From a virus (Duplodnaviria; Caudoviricetes), in the IMG/VR virus record IMGVR_UViG_3300019937_000001, positions 1-54,239 of that record: a DNA stretch of 54,239 nucleotides. The stretch is one strand, 5' to 3'. Positions 39,086 to 46,912 of this stretch are shown here, piece after piece. Numbering within the stretch: position 1 is the first letter of the stretch; each line of letters starts with the position of its first letter. Below the pieces are notes generated by a model. It was not told the origin of the DNA. It saw nothing but the letters and a program-made list of their open reading frames with translations, and ran no database searches. The position numbers and the translations under genes are program-made.

Positions 39086-40539
39086 TGACTCTTGAGTGGA
39101 GTTCTAGTTACGGACCAGTAGATGAAGATTTTGCTAATGTCTCTTTACTTCTCAAAGGTGAAGGGGCAAATAATAGCACGACCATTTTGGATAGCAGTAG
39201 CAATAATTTGAGTGTTAGTGTAGTAAATGATGCTAAAATCAGCACTACAGTTGCAACACCTTTTAGCCCTACTGTGCCTAGTGATGGCGTGCTGGCGTTT
39301 GATGGGACGGGTGATTATTTGACTACAACAGGAACAGTTGACGGCACTTCGGATGTAACTATAGAATGTTGGCTTTATCCTACAGACTCAGCTCTTATTT
39401 ATAGAGCAGTTGTTGATACTAGAGATGCCGCTCCTGCTGACACTGGTTTTGGAGTTTTTCAGTATGGTAGAGCGATTGAAGTTTACGGTAATGGATTAAA
39501 GGTATCAACACCTGTTAATGTGCTAACTATCAATACGTGGCAACATATTGGATTGGTCCGTAAAAATGGCATCTGCCAAATATATCTTAACGGTGATGCA
39601 TCGGGATCAAGCTCTGCTTACACCAATAATTTAACAAGTAGTGCGGTTACAATTGGATCAAGTGCTGCTGCTACATCTCCGTACATTGGATACATCTCCA
39701 ACCTCCGCATCACCAAAGGCGTAGCACGTTACACCGAGAACTTCGACGTTCCCATCGCACCGTTCCCGATCCTTTCTCCCTCCACTCGCATTGAAGTGGG
39801 CAACGGCTTTGACGTAGAAGCCGCCAACTACATTCTTGCCGTGGAATCTGCTGATGCCGCTGCTGGTCAGACTGGTGGTCTTGAGCCTGCTGTACGTACT
39901 GCAATCAACGACTTCGTGGTCGGTTGCAAGAGCGATGGCATTTGGAACGCTATCAAGGCAAGTTGCTTGCTGTCTGGTGCTAGAACCTTGGAAGGTGCGT
40001 TGGTGCCGCTGAAAGGTAGTGCTCCGACTAACAATGGTCCTTTTGTGGCGGCGGATTATGATCGAAAGACTGGTTTGCTTGGTAATGGGAGCACAAAATA
40101 TTTAGACAGCAACCGAAACAACAATGCTGATCCGCAGGATAGCAAGCATTTTTCATTTTTAACAACTACCACTCCAGGAAGTAGAATTGTAATTTCAACA
40201 ATAGGAACGGTGTCGAATAAATCGACATACACAACGGCACAAGGAGGGAGAGCTGGTGTTAACTCTGGTTTAGGACCAGGCGGGATAGGTGTACCTGTGG
40301 TCAACAAACTAACCGGATGCAGCAGAATAAATTCAACAAATGTAAACTATAGAACTGGTGGCATAGATTCAACTTTTAATGCGACCAGTGGCATTCCAGG
40401 AAACGGAAATATTTCTATCTACGGAGAGGGCAGCCTTAACTGTCGTCTTGCTTTCTATTCCATCGGTGAATCCCTAGATCTCGCCAAACTCGACACCCGT
40501 ATTTCTGACTTTATCACAGCAATAGGAGTTGCAATATGA
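39085..40539 (+). CDS. LamG / concanavalin A-like domain fibre protein (484 aa)
   Basis: NVSLLLKGEG, FDGTGDYL, TIECWLYP, WQHIGLVR, YLNG and GYISNLRITKGVARY form a LamG-like domain, followed by a second module (GIWNAIKASCLLSGART...GNGSTKYLDSN). Confidence 0.85.
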   Translation: MTLEWSSSYGPVDEDFANVSLLLKGEGANNSTTILDSSSNNLSVSVVNDAKISTTVATPFSPTVPSDGVLAFDGTGDYLTTTGTVDGTSDVTIECWLYPTDSALIYRAVVDTRDAAPADTGFGVFQYGRAIEVYGNGLKVSTPVNVLTINTWQHIGLVRKNGICQIYLNGDASGSSSAYTNNLTSSAVTIGSSAAATSPYIGYISNLRITKGVARYTENFDVPIAPFPILSPSTRIEVGNGFDVEAANYILAVESADAAAGQTGGLEPAVRTAINDFVVGCKSDGIWNAIKASCLLSGARTLEGALVPLKGSAPTNNGPFVAADYDRKTGLLGNGSTKYLDSNRNNNADPQDSKHFSFLTTTTPGSRIVISTIGTVSNKSTYTTAQGGRAGVNSGLGPGGIGVPVVNKLTGCSRINSTNVNYRTGGIDSTFNATSGIPGNGNISIYGEGSLNCRLAFYSIGESLDLAKLDTRISDFITAIGVAI

Positions 40540-41327
40540 CACTAACACCTGGAAAAATGATATTACCAGCAGTGCCAACGCCATGGGCAGAAGGAGGTGA
40601 TCTTGTTTATGATATCGTAGACTCTGGAATTACATATCGAGTTCATGAATTTAATGTTGTTGGGTCAAATTCGCTAAAAGTATTGAATAGTGGAAACTTT
40701 GATTATCTAATTGTTGCCGGAGGAGGAGGCGGTGGCGGTGGGCAAGGTCGGGCTGCTGGTGGAGGAGCAGGCGGACTACTAACCACTATTGGATCATCTC
40801 CCACTTTATTATCATCTCAAACCTATACAATTGTTGTTGGAGAAGGAGGAGCAGGAACTAGTGGAGCAGGAGTAAATGGAACAAATAGTAGTGCTTTTGG
40901 GATAACAGCAATAGGTGGTGGCGGTGGCGGTGGATCTGGTAACAGAAATGGAAAAAATGGTGGATCTGGAGGAGGAGGAGCAGAGTGGTTTGGCGTTGGT
41001 TCGGGTGGATCTGGTACTGTAGGACAAGGTAATGACGGCGCACCACCACCTTCTTCCAATAATACATCGGGAGGTGGCGGCGGAGCAGGAGGTGCTGGAA
41101 GTGGTACTAGTGGTGGTGCCGGATTAACTATCAATATTGATGGAAATTCAACTATATATGCAAAGGGTGGAAACGGTCTTGCTGGAGAAGGCGTAGTTCC
41201 GGCAGTAGCGACTACAAAAGGGGGAGGTGGCAGCGGATCAACAAGCGGATCAACATTTGCTGACAAGATTGGATCTTCCGGCAACTCTGGTATCGTTATT
41301 GTCCGATATGCTATCAGTCTACATTAA
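40536..41327 (+). CDS. Glycine-rich domain protein, phage fibre/adhesin-associated type (263 aa)
   Basis: YRVHEF, YLIVAGGGGGG..GGGAGG, many Gly runs and a C-terminal GNSGIVIVRY; ATGA overlap with the upstream gene. Confidence 0.85.
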   Translation: MTLTPGKMILPAVPTPWAEGGDLVYDIVDSGITYRVHEFNVVGSNSLKVLNSGNFDYLIVAGGGGGGGGQGRAAGGGAGGLLTTIGSSPTLLSSQTYTIVVGEGGAGTSGAGVNGTNSSAFGITAIGGGGGGGSGNRNGKNGGSGGGGAEWFGVGSGGSGTVGQGNDGAPPPSSNNTSGGGGGAGGAGSGTSGGAGLTINIDGNSTIYAKGGNGLAGEGVVPAVATTKGGGGSGSTSGSTFADKIGSSGNSGIVIVRYAISLH

Positions 41328-41354
41328 TACATAGATGATCCTACAATCTAAGTC

Positions 41355-41426
41355 ATGAAAAAAATCTCACAAATTTATATCAGAGTATCTACCCTTATCT
41401 CAGACCTTGGAGCAGCTATCCCATGA
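41355..41426 (+). pseudogene. Degenerate remnant of a fibre gene C-terminus (23-codon ORF)
   Basis: Ends RVSTLISDLGAAIP*, similar to RISDFITAIGVAI* of ORF 39085-40539, with the same GGAG...ATGA coupling to the next gene. Confidence 0.55.
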
Positions 41427-43150
41427 CCTGGAAAACAACCAACACCGCCAAAGGTGATAACAAACTGTATTCAGATGCTAGGGGCGTAGTACCGAGCCTG
41501 GACCTGCGCTTTGCATCACAGAAGAATTTTAATGATTATATTACGGGCACACCGTTGGTTGACCACCAGCGGAGCATGAGTAGTAGTAATCTTAGCCCTG
41601 GTACTTTTGTTAATAGTAACGGGCTGGTTGAGGCGAGTAAGGCTAATTTGTTTACTTATAGCCAAGACACAACACAGTCCGATTGGTCTAAACCTCGCTC
41701 TTCTCATTCTATTGGTGGTATTGCACCTGATGGCAATAATACCGCTAATGATGTTACCGTTATTACTACTGGGTTTAATGGATTTGTTGCTCAAAATAAA
41801 ACTATATCTGGCACATATACTTATTCTGCTTTTGTTAAGAAAAAAGGGTTTAGCACTTTTAGGATTGGATTTACTGTTAATGCGTCTGAAAATATCTATT
41901 GGAATATAGACACAGATACTTTCTCAAATCAAGGTTCTAATGTAATAGATAAATCTTCACAATCCTTCCCAAATGGTTGGTATAGAATTTCAGTTACTTA
42001 CAATATTACTGTTTCGACGACTTACGGTATTCAGATTTTTGTAGTAGATAATCCTGGCAACACATTCACAACAGTCAATGGTACTGATGGATTTTATCTA
42101 TGGGGAGCCCAACTAGAAGAAGGCTCTACCGCCACTACCTACATCCCAACCACCAACGTACCCTCCGCTGCCCCACGCTTCGATCACGACCCAACGACGG
42201 GTGAAAGCCTTGGGTTGTTGGTGGAGGAGGGGAGGACGAATGAGTTGTCTCGTAGTGAGGATTTTACAGACCCTATCTGGCCGGCTTCATCCACGGCAAC
42301 CATAACAACTAGTACTGGCATAGATGATCCAAAAGGTACTAACACTGCTGCAACAATTACTAACGTTAGTGGTCCAAATCTTCATAGATTAATTAGCGGT
42401 ACGGCTGGTATCACTTACACTTATTCCATTTGGATTCGTAGACGAAACGGAAGTGGTCCTATTTATTTAACGGTAGGAGACAATATTCTTCAAGAAGTAA
42501 CCGTTACAAACACGTGGACTAGGGTAAGTGCAACAAATACACCGACTTCTACTGTAGTACGAGCTTATGTTTTAATAGGATCAACAGGTGATTCTATTGA
42601 TGTCTGGGGCGCCCAAGTAGAAGCCGGCTCCTTCCCAACCTCCTACATCCCAACCACCGGCACAGCACTAACGCGGTCGGCGGATGCGGCGAGCATTACG
42701 GGGACAAATTTCAGCTCCTGGTATCGGCAGGATGAGGCGACGGTGTTTGCGGAAGTAGACAGCGTAATGGCAGCAGGTGCAGCTAATACTCGCATTTTGC
42801 AAGTTGGCGACGGAACCAGTGCCAACAGGCAAGACTTGGCTTTTTCAAGCGGAACACTACTTGCTTTTGTGAACACGGCGAATGTTGTGCAGGTCAATGC
42901 AGCTACCACTAATTCTGCTCAAGCAAATACAAATACTCAGCTAGTTTATGCTTACGCCCAAGATGATTTCGCGTGGGGATTGGATGCGGGCACAATAAAA
43001 GATGATCTGACCGGAACACCACCAACGGTAAATGCACTTGGCATTGGCCAACGACTAGATACCAATGGATTCTTAAACGGTCACGTCAAGCGCCTCACCT
43101 ACTTCCCGGAACGCCTCCCTGACACATCTCTTCAAGCGATGACAAGTTGA
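41423..43150 (+). CDS. Fibre/spike protein with two tandem carbohydrate-binding-like modules (575 aa)
   Basis: PSLDLRFA, two WGAQ[LV]ExG...[TS]YIPTT motifs, APRFDHDPTTGESLGLLVEEGRTN, TRSADAASI and a LamG-like end LNGHVKRLTYFPERL. Confidence 0.82.
   Translation: MTWKTTNTAKGDNKLYSDARGVVPSLDLRFASQKNFNDYITGTPLVDHQRSMSSSNLSPGTFVNSNGLVEASKANLFTYSQDTTQSDWSKPRSSHSIGGIAPDGNNTANDVTVITTGFNGFVAQNKTISGTYTYSAFVKKKGFSTFRIGFTVNASENIYWNIDTDTFSNQGSNVIDKSSQSFPNGWYRISVTYNITVSTTYGIQIFVVDNPGNTFTTVNGTDGFYLWGAQLEEGSTATTYIPTTNVPSAAPRFDHDPTTGESLGLLVEEGRTNELSRSEDFTDPIWPASSTATITTSTGIDDPKGTNTAATITNVSGPNLHRLISGTAGITYTYSIWIRRRNGSGPIYLTVGDNILQEVTVTNTWTRVSATNTPTSTVVRAYVLIGSTGDSIDVWGAQVEAGSFPTSYIPTTGTALTRSADAASITGTNFSSWYRQDEATVFAEVDSVMAAGAANTRILQVGDGTSANRQDLAFSSGTLLAFVNTANVVQVNAATTNSAQANTNTQLVYAYAQDDFAWGLDAGTIKDDLTGTPPTVNALGIGQRLDTNGFLNGHVKRLTYFPERLPDTSLQAMTS
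42101..42154 (+). repeat. 54 nt imperfect direct repeat, copy 1
   Basis: tggggagcccaactagaa...tacatcccaaccacc; 43/54 identical to 42605-42658 by hand alignment, last 17 nt identical. Confidence 0.85.
42605..42658 (+). repeat. 54 nt imperfect direct repeat, copy 2
   Basis: tggggcgcccaagtagaa...tacatcccaaccacc; pairs with 42101-42154. Confidence 0.85.
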
Positions 43151-43158
43151 TATAAATA
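43151..43158 (+). promoter_or_regulatory. Late promoter, exact TATAAATA
   Basis: Exact T4 late consensus directly after the TGA at 43148-43150. Confidence 0.8.
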
Positions 43159-43194
43159 GTTATCAAAAATTACAAATAATCTGAAATTTAAAAT

Positions 43195-43485
43195 ATGCCA
43201 GCAGGATATACTAGACACGATATTAATAATCAGGTAGTTTCTCCTCAACCAATTTCTGTTGCAGTAACAACTTTTTCAAATCTAGAAGGTTGGTCTACTA
43301 TAACACATTATGATTTTAATGGCGACTATATTGCTTATGATTATAATAGTCCCGCAGGAATTGGAACAAGAACCCCAGCATCATATCAAAGATATAGATA
43401 TGATCCAGTATCAGGAATAAACACTGTGGTTCCTGTCGATCCTTATCAAAGACATGATGAGAACAATAGTCCTGTTATCCTTTAA
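43195..43485 (+). CDS. Hypothetical protein (96 aa) with an internal repeat
   Basis: Follows a late promoter; YTRHDINNQVV and YQRHDENNSPV at its two ends. Confidence 0.75.
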   Translation: MPAGYTRHDINNQVVSPQPISVAVTTFSNLEGWSTITHYDFNGDYIAYDYNSPAGIGTRTPASYQRYRYDPVSGINTVVPVDPYQRHDENNSPVIL

Positions 43486-43495
43486 ATAATAAATA
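43483..43495 (+). promoter_or_regulatory. Tandem late promoter cores for g21
   Basis: TAAATA at 43483-43488 and ATAAATA at 43489-43495. Confidence 0.65.
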
Positions 43496-43517
43496 AAATT
43501 AAAGAACTAATAAAAAA

Positions 43518-44168
43518 ATGAAACTTATTAGAGAGGAGATCGAAAAGGTAGAGGTTATTACAGAGGGTGCTGGAAAATCAGCAAAACTGTATATCAAAGG
43601 ACCTTTCCTTCAAGCAGAGTGTGTAAACAGAAATGGACGTATGTACCCTATGTCCATTATGGAGAGAGAAGTAAAGAGATATACTGAACAGTATGTCAAC
43701 AAAGGTCGTGCTCTTGGAGAACTCGGACACCCCGATGGTCCAACAGTAAACCTGGATAGAGTTTCTCATAAGATTGTTGCACTTGAACAAAAGGGTAACA
43801 ACTTCATCGGAAAGGCACAGATTCTCTCAACCCCAATGGGTAAGATTGCAGAATCACTTTTGAAAGAAGGTGTTTGTCTTGGCGTTTCTTCTCGCGGTAT
43901 TGGTTCATTAACTTCTACGAAAGAGGGATATAAGCAAGTTGGTGAAGACTTTATGTTGGCAACTGCTGCTGATATTGTTGCAGATCCATCAGCACCTGAT
44001 GCATTTGTTCAGGGAATCATGGAAGGAAAAGAGTGGGTATGGGAAGGAGGAATTCTTCGCGAAAAATTTGCAGAGCAAACTCAAAAGAGAATAAATACCC
44101 TCGTTGATAAAAAAGCACTTGAGGAGCACAAAATCCAACTGTTCCAAGACTTTTTAGCAAATTTGTAA
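43518..44168 (+). CDS. g21: Prohead core protease gp21
   Basis: MKLIRE, NRNGRMY, ALGELGHP, VSHKI, GVSSRGIGS and DIVADPSAPDAFV. Confidence 0.97.
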   Translation: MKLIREEIEKVEVITEGAGKSAKLYIKGPFLQAECVNRNGRMYPMSIMEREVKRYTEQYVNKGRALGELGHPDGPTVNLDRVSHKIVALEQKGNNFIGKAQILSTPMGKIAESLLKEGVCLGVSSRGIGSLTSTKEGYKQVGEDFMLATAADIVADPSAPDAFVQGIMEGKEWVWEGGILREKFAEQTQKRINTLVDKKALEEHKIQLFQDFLANL

Positions 44169-44171
44169 TTT

Positions 44172-44183
44172 TATAAATAAATA
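44172..44183 (+). promoter_or_regulatory. Late promoter TATAAATA (overlapping double core) for g22/g23
   Basis: TATAAATAAATA, followed by GAGG/GGAG RBS candidates. Confidence 0.8.
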
Positions 44184-44217
44184 TAGATTAAAAATAGAGG
44201 TTAATCGGAGAGTTCAA

Positions 44218-45384
44218 ATGTCTCGTGGAGATTTACAAGAAATGGAAGTAGGCACTAAGCAATCCACAACCGCCGTCAATTCTGGCGCAAAATCAGCTGA
44301 ACCAATGCAAAAGTTGGCTCCTGGTGCGGTTGCTGGTCAAACTGGCAATTGGGAAGATCTTGGTGGTCCTACCCCAGAAAATTACAAGCCTGAGGATAAT
44401 TCAGCAATGCTGAAGACTCCAGGTGCAACGCTCAAGCAAGTTAGAGATGTTGTAAATAAGTCAGCAGGTGCTGCTGATGGAATGCAAAAACTTCCTGCTG
44501 GTGCAGTAAAGGAAGATGAGGATCTGGATGCTGAAGAAGTAATTGAAGAGGAAATCGTAGATGAGTCCACAGAAGAAATTGCTGAGGATGAGTCTGTAGA
44601 AGAGACATCCGCAGAACTGGAAGAAGAGGAAGTAACTGAAGAATCTTCTTCAGAAGACGAATTCGAAATCGAAGAAGATGTCAACGCACTCTTAGAAGGT
44701 GAAGAACTCTCCGAAGAATTCCAAGAGAAAGCAAAGGTAGTATTCGAGGCTGCTCTGAGATCAAAAGTTAATGAGATCAAAGAAGCATTCGAGGCACAAT
44801 ACGAGCAGAAACTGATTGAAGAAGTAGAAGAGATTAAAGAAGCACTTGCTGATAGAGTCGATTCATACTTAGAGTATGTCGCAGAAGAATGGTTAGTAGA
44901 AAATAATTTGGCAGTTCAGGCAGGTCTGAAGGAGGAGTTGACCGAATCCTTCATGACTGGACTGAAGGGTCTTTTTGAAGAACATTATGTAACAATCCCT
45001 GAAGATAAATATGATGTGCTTAACAGCATGGTAGAAAAACTTGATGAAATGGAAACAAAACTCAACGAGCAAATCGAAAAGAACGTTTCCTTAAACAAGC
45101 GTCTCGCAGAGTCGGTTGCTAACGGAATCTTTGACGAAATTTCTGAGGGTCTTGCACTTTCTCAGAAAGACAAGCTCGCTTCACTTTCCGAAAGTGTTGA
45201 GTTTGAAAGTGAAGAAGAATATCGTGAAAAACTGGAGATGCTGAGGGAGTCATATTTCCCCTCAAAGAAAGCAACTTCATCAGCTAAAACCGAAACTCTG
45301 TCGGAAGGAGTAGACAGCGCACCAGAAGGTATTTCGAATGCGATGGCTGGTTATCTGAAGACACTTTCGAAATTTAGCAAATAA
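44218..45384 (+). CDS. g22: Prohead core scaffold protein gp22
   Basis: Very acidic; LSEEFQEKAKVVFEAAL, VDSYLEYVAEEW and GLKGLFEEHY; lies between g21 and g23. Confidence 0.95.
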   Translation: MSRGDLQEMEVGTKQSTTAVNSGAKSAEPMQKLAPGAVAGQTGNWEDLGGPTPENYKPEDNSAMLKTPGATLKQVRDVVNKSAGAADGMQKLPAGAVKEDEDLDAEEVIEEEIVDESTEEIAEDESVEETSAELEEEEVTEESSSEDEFEIEEDVNALLEGEELSEEFQEKAKVVFEAALRSKVNEIKEAFEAQYEQKLIEEVEEIKEALADRVDSYLEYVAEEWLVENNLAVQAGLKEELTESFMTGLKGLFEEHYVTIPEDKYDVLNSMVEKLDEMETKLNEQIEKNVSLNKRLAESVANGIFDEISEGLALSQKDKLASLSESVEFESEEEYREKLEMLRESYFPSKKATSSAKTETLSEGVDSAPEGISNAMAGYLKTLSKFSK

Positions 45385-45437
45385 TTGAATTTAATATAAT
45401 TCAAACCCAAAAACGTACACTTAATAGGTAAAAGCAA

Positions 45438-46832
45438 ATGTTCCAATCCGAGCATCTGCAGGAAAAGTGGGCACCTCTCCTCAATTATGAGGGTCTTGAT
45501 GCAATCAAAGATTCACACAAGAGAGCTGTAACCGCTACCCTGCTTGAGAACCAAGAAAGATTTTTAAGAGAGCAACAGGATTTTAATAGATCAGGTTCTT
45601 TCCTGACAGAAACTCCAACCGTAAACACTGACCCCGCTGGAACTGGCAATGCTGGTTTTAGTGGAGCTGGTAATCAGTCGGTTGCTGGTTTCGACCCCGT
45701 TCTGATCTCACTGATCCGCCGCTCAATGCCTAACCTGGTCGCTTATGACCTGGCAGGCGTTCAACCAATGACCGGTCCTACTGGACTGATCTTCGCAATG
45801 CGTTCACGCTACACCAATCAAAGTGGTGCGGAAGCACTGTTTGATGAGGCAGACACCGGATTCTCTGGTGCTAGAGGAACTCAGACAGTTACTGCTGGTA
45901 TTGGTACAACCAACCCAACAGCTCCCAATGGCAATCCTGCTCTTCTGAACACCACTGGTCAGTTGGCTTATACCACTGGCGCAGGAATGAAGACTCAGGA
46001 ATCAGAAGCTCTGGGCGCTGATGGCGGTATCGCTTTCAACGAAATGGCATTCTCGATCGAGAAGGTCACCGTTACTGCACGTTCAAGAGCACTGAAGGCC
46101 GAGTATTCACTCGAACTCGCTCAGGACCTGAAGGCAATTCACGGTCTGAATGCAGAAGCAGAACTCGCTAACATTCTGTCGGCTGAGATTCTTGCTGAAA
46201 TCAACCGCGAAGTTATCCGCACCATCTATAAGTCTGCTGAAGCTGGCGCACAAACCAACGTAGCAACAACTGGTACTTTCGACCTCGACGTTGACTCCAA
46301 TGGTCGTTGGTCAGTTGAGAAGTTCAAGGGTCTTCTGTTCCAAATCGAGCGTGACGCTAATGCTATCGCACAGCGCACTCGTAGAGGAAAGGGCAACGTA
46401 ATCATGTGCTCTGCTGACGTTGCTTCGGCACTGTCAATGGCAGGTGTACTTGACTACACCCCTGCTCTGAACGCTAACCTGAATGTCGATGACACCGGCA
46501 ACACCTTCGCAGGTGTTCTGATGGGCAAGTGGAGAGTATACATCGATCCATATTCGGCAAATCTTTCACCTGACCAATATTACGTTGTCGGTTATAAGGG
46601 TTCTTCACCTTATGACGCAGGTCTGTTCTATTGCCCATATGTTCCTCTCCAAATGGTTCGTGCCGTTGGTGAGAACACCTTCCAGCCTAAGATCGGCTTT
46701 AAGACCCGTTATGGAATGGTTCACAACCCATTCGCACAAACGGGTGCTGCTGCTGGTCGGGTTGATGATGACGGTATCCTGGTTGGACAAAACCGTTATT
46801 ACAGACGTGTTAGAGTCAAAAATTTGATGTGA
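45438..46832 (+). CDS. g23: Major capsid protein gp23
   Basis: LISLIRRSMPNLVAYDLAGVQPMTGPTGLIFAMR, SRALKAEYSLELAQDLKAIHG, DAGLFYCPYVPL and FQPKIGFKTRYG. Confidence 0.99.
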   Translation: MFQSEHLQEKWAPLLNYEGLDAIKDSHKRAVTATLLENQERFLREQQDFNRSGSFLTETPTVNTDPAGTGNAGFSGAGNQSVAGFDPVLISLIRRSMPNLVAYDLAGVQPMTGPTGLIFAMRSRYTNQSGAEALFDEADTGFSGARGTQTVTAGIGTTNPTAPNGNPALLNTTGQLAYTTGAGMKTQESEALGADGGIAFNEMAFSIEKVTVTARSRALKAEYSLELAQDLKAIHGLNAEAELANILSAEILAEINREVIRTIYKSAEAGAQTNVATTGTFDLDVDSNGRWSVEKFKGLLFQIERDANAIAQRTRRGKGNVIMCSADVASALSMAGVLDYTPALNANLNVDDTGNTFAGVLMGKWRVYIDPYSANLSPDQYYVVGYKGSSPYDAGLFYCPYVPLQMVRAVGENTFQPKIGFKTRYGMVHNPFAQTGAAAGRVDDDGILVGQNRYYRRVRVKNLM

Positions 46833-46854
46833 AGACATTTTACATCAAATCTCT

Positions 46855-46883
46855 GGAGACCCCAAAAGGGTCTCCTTTTTTTT
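46855..46883 (+). terminator. Rho-independent terminator after g23
   Basis: GGAGACCC-CAAAA-GGGTCTCC followed by T8. Confidence 0.92.
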
Positions 46884-46885
46884 AT

Positions 46886-46892
46886 CTAAATA
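46886..46892 (+). promoter_or_regulatory. Late promoter (CTAAATA) upstream of the endonuclease gene
   Basis: TAAATA core immediately after the terminator. Confidence 0.6.
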
Positions 46893-46912
46893 TGTTAAGA
46901 ACCTATTTTAAT

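Noticed and set aside
40823-41284. Pro-rich 153 aa minus-strand ORF
   Set aside because: It is the antisense shadow of the GGN codons of the Gly-rich gene.
42101-42658. Direct repeat as a diversity-generating retroelement TR/VR pair
   Set aside because: There is no reverse transcriptase in the window, both copies are in-frame coding, and mismatches are not confined to adenines. An RT elsewhere in the genome cannot be excluded.
46829-46912. Track N-terminal extension of the GIY-YIG ORF
   Set aside because: It runs through the g23 terminator and the late promoter; the GIY-YIG motif begins right after ATG 46913.
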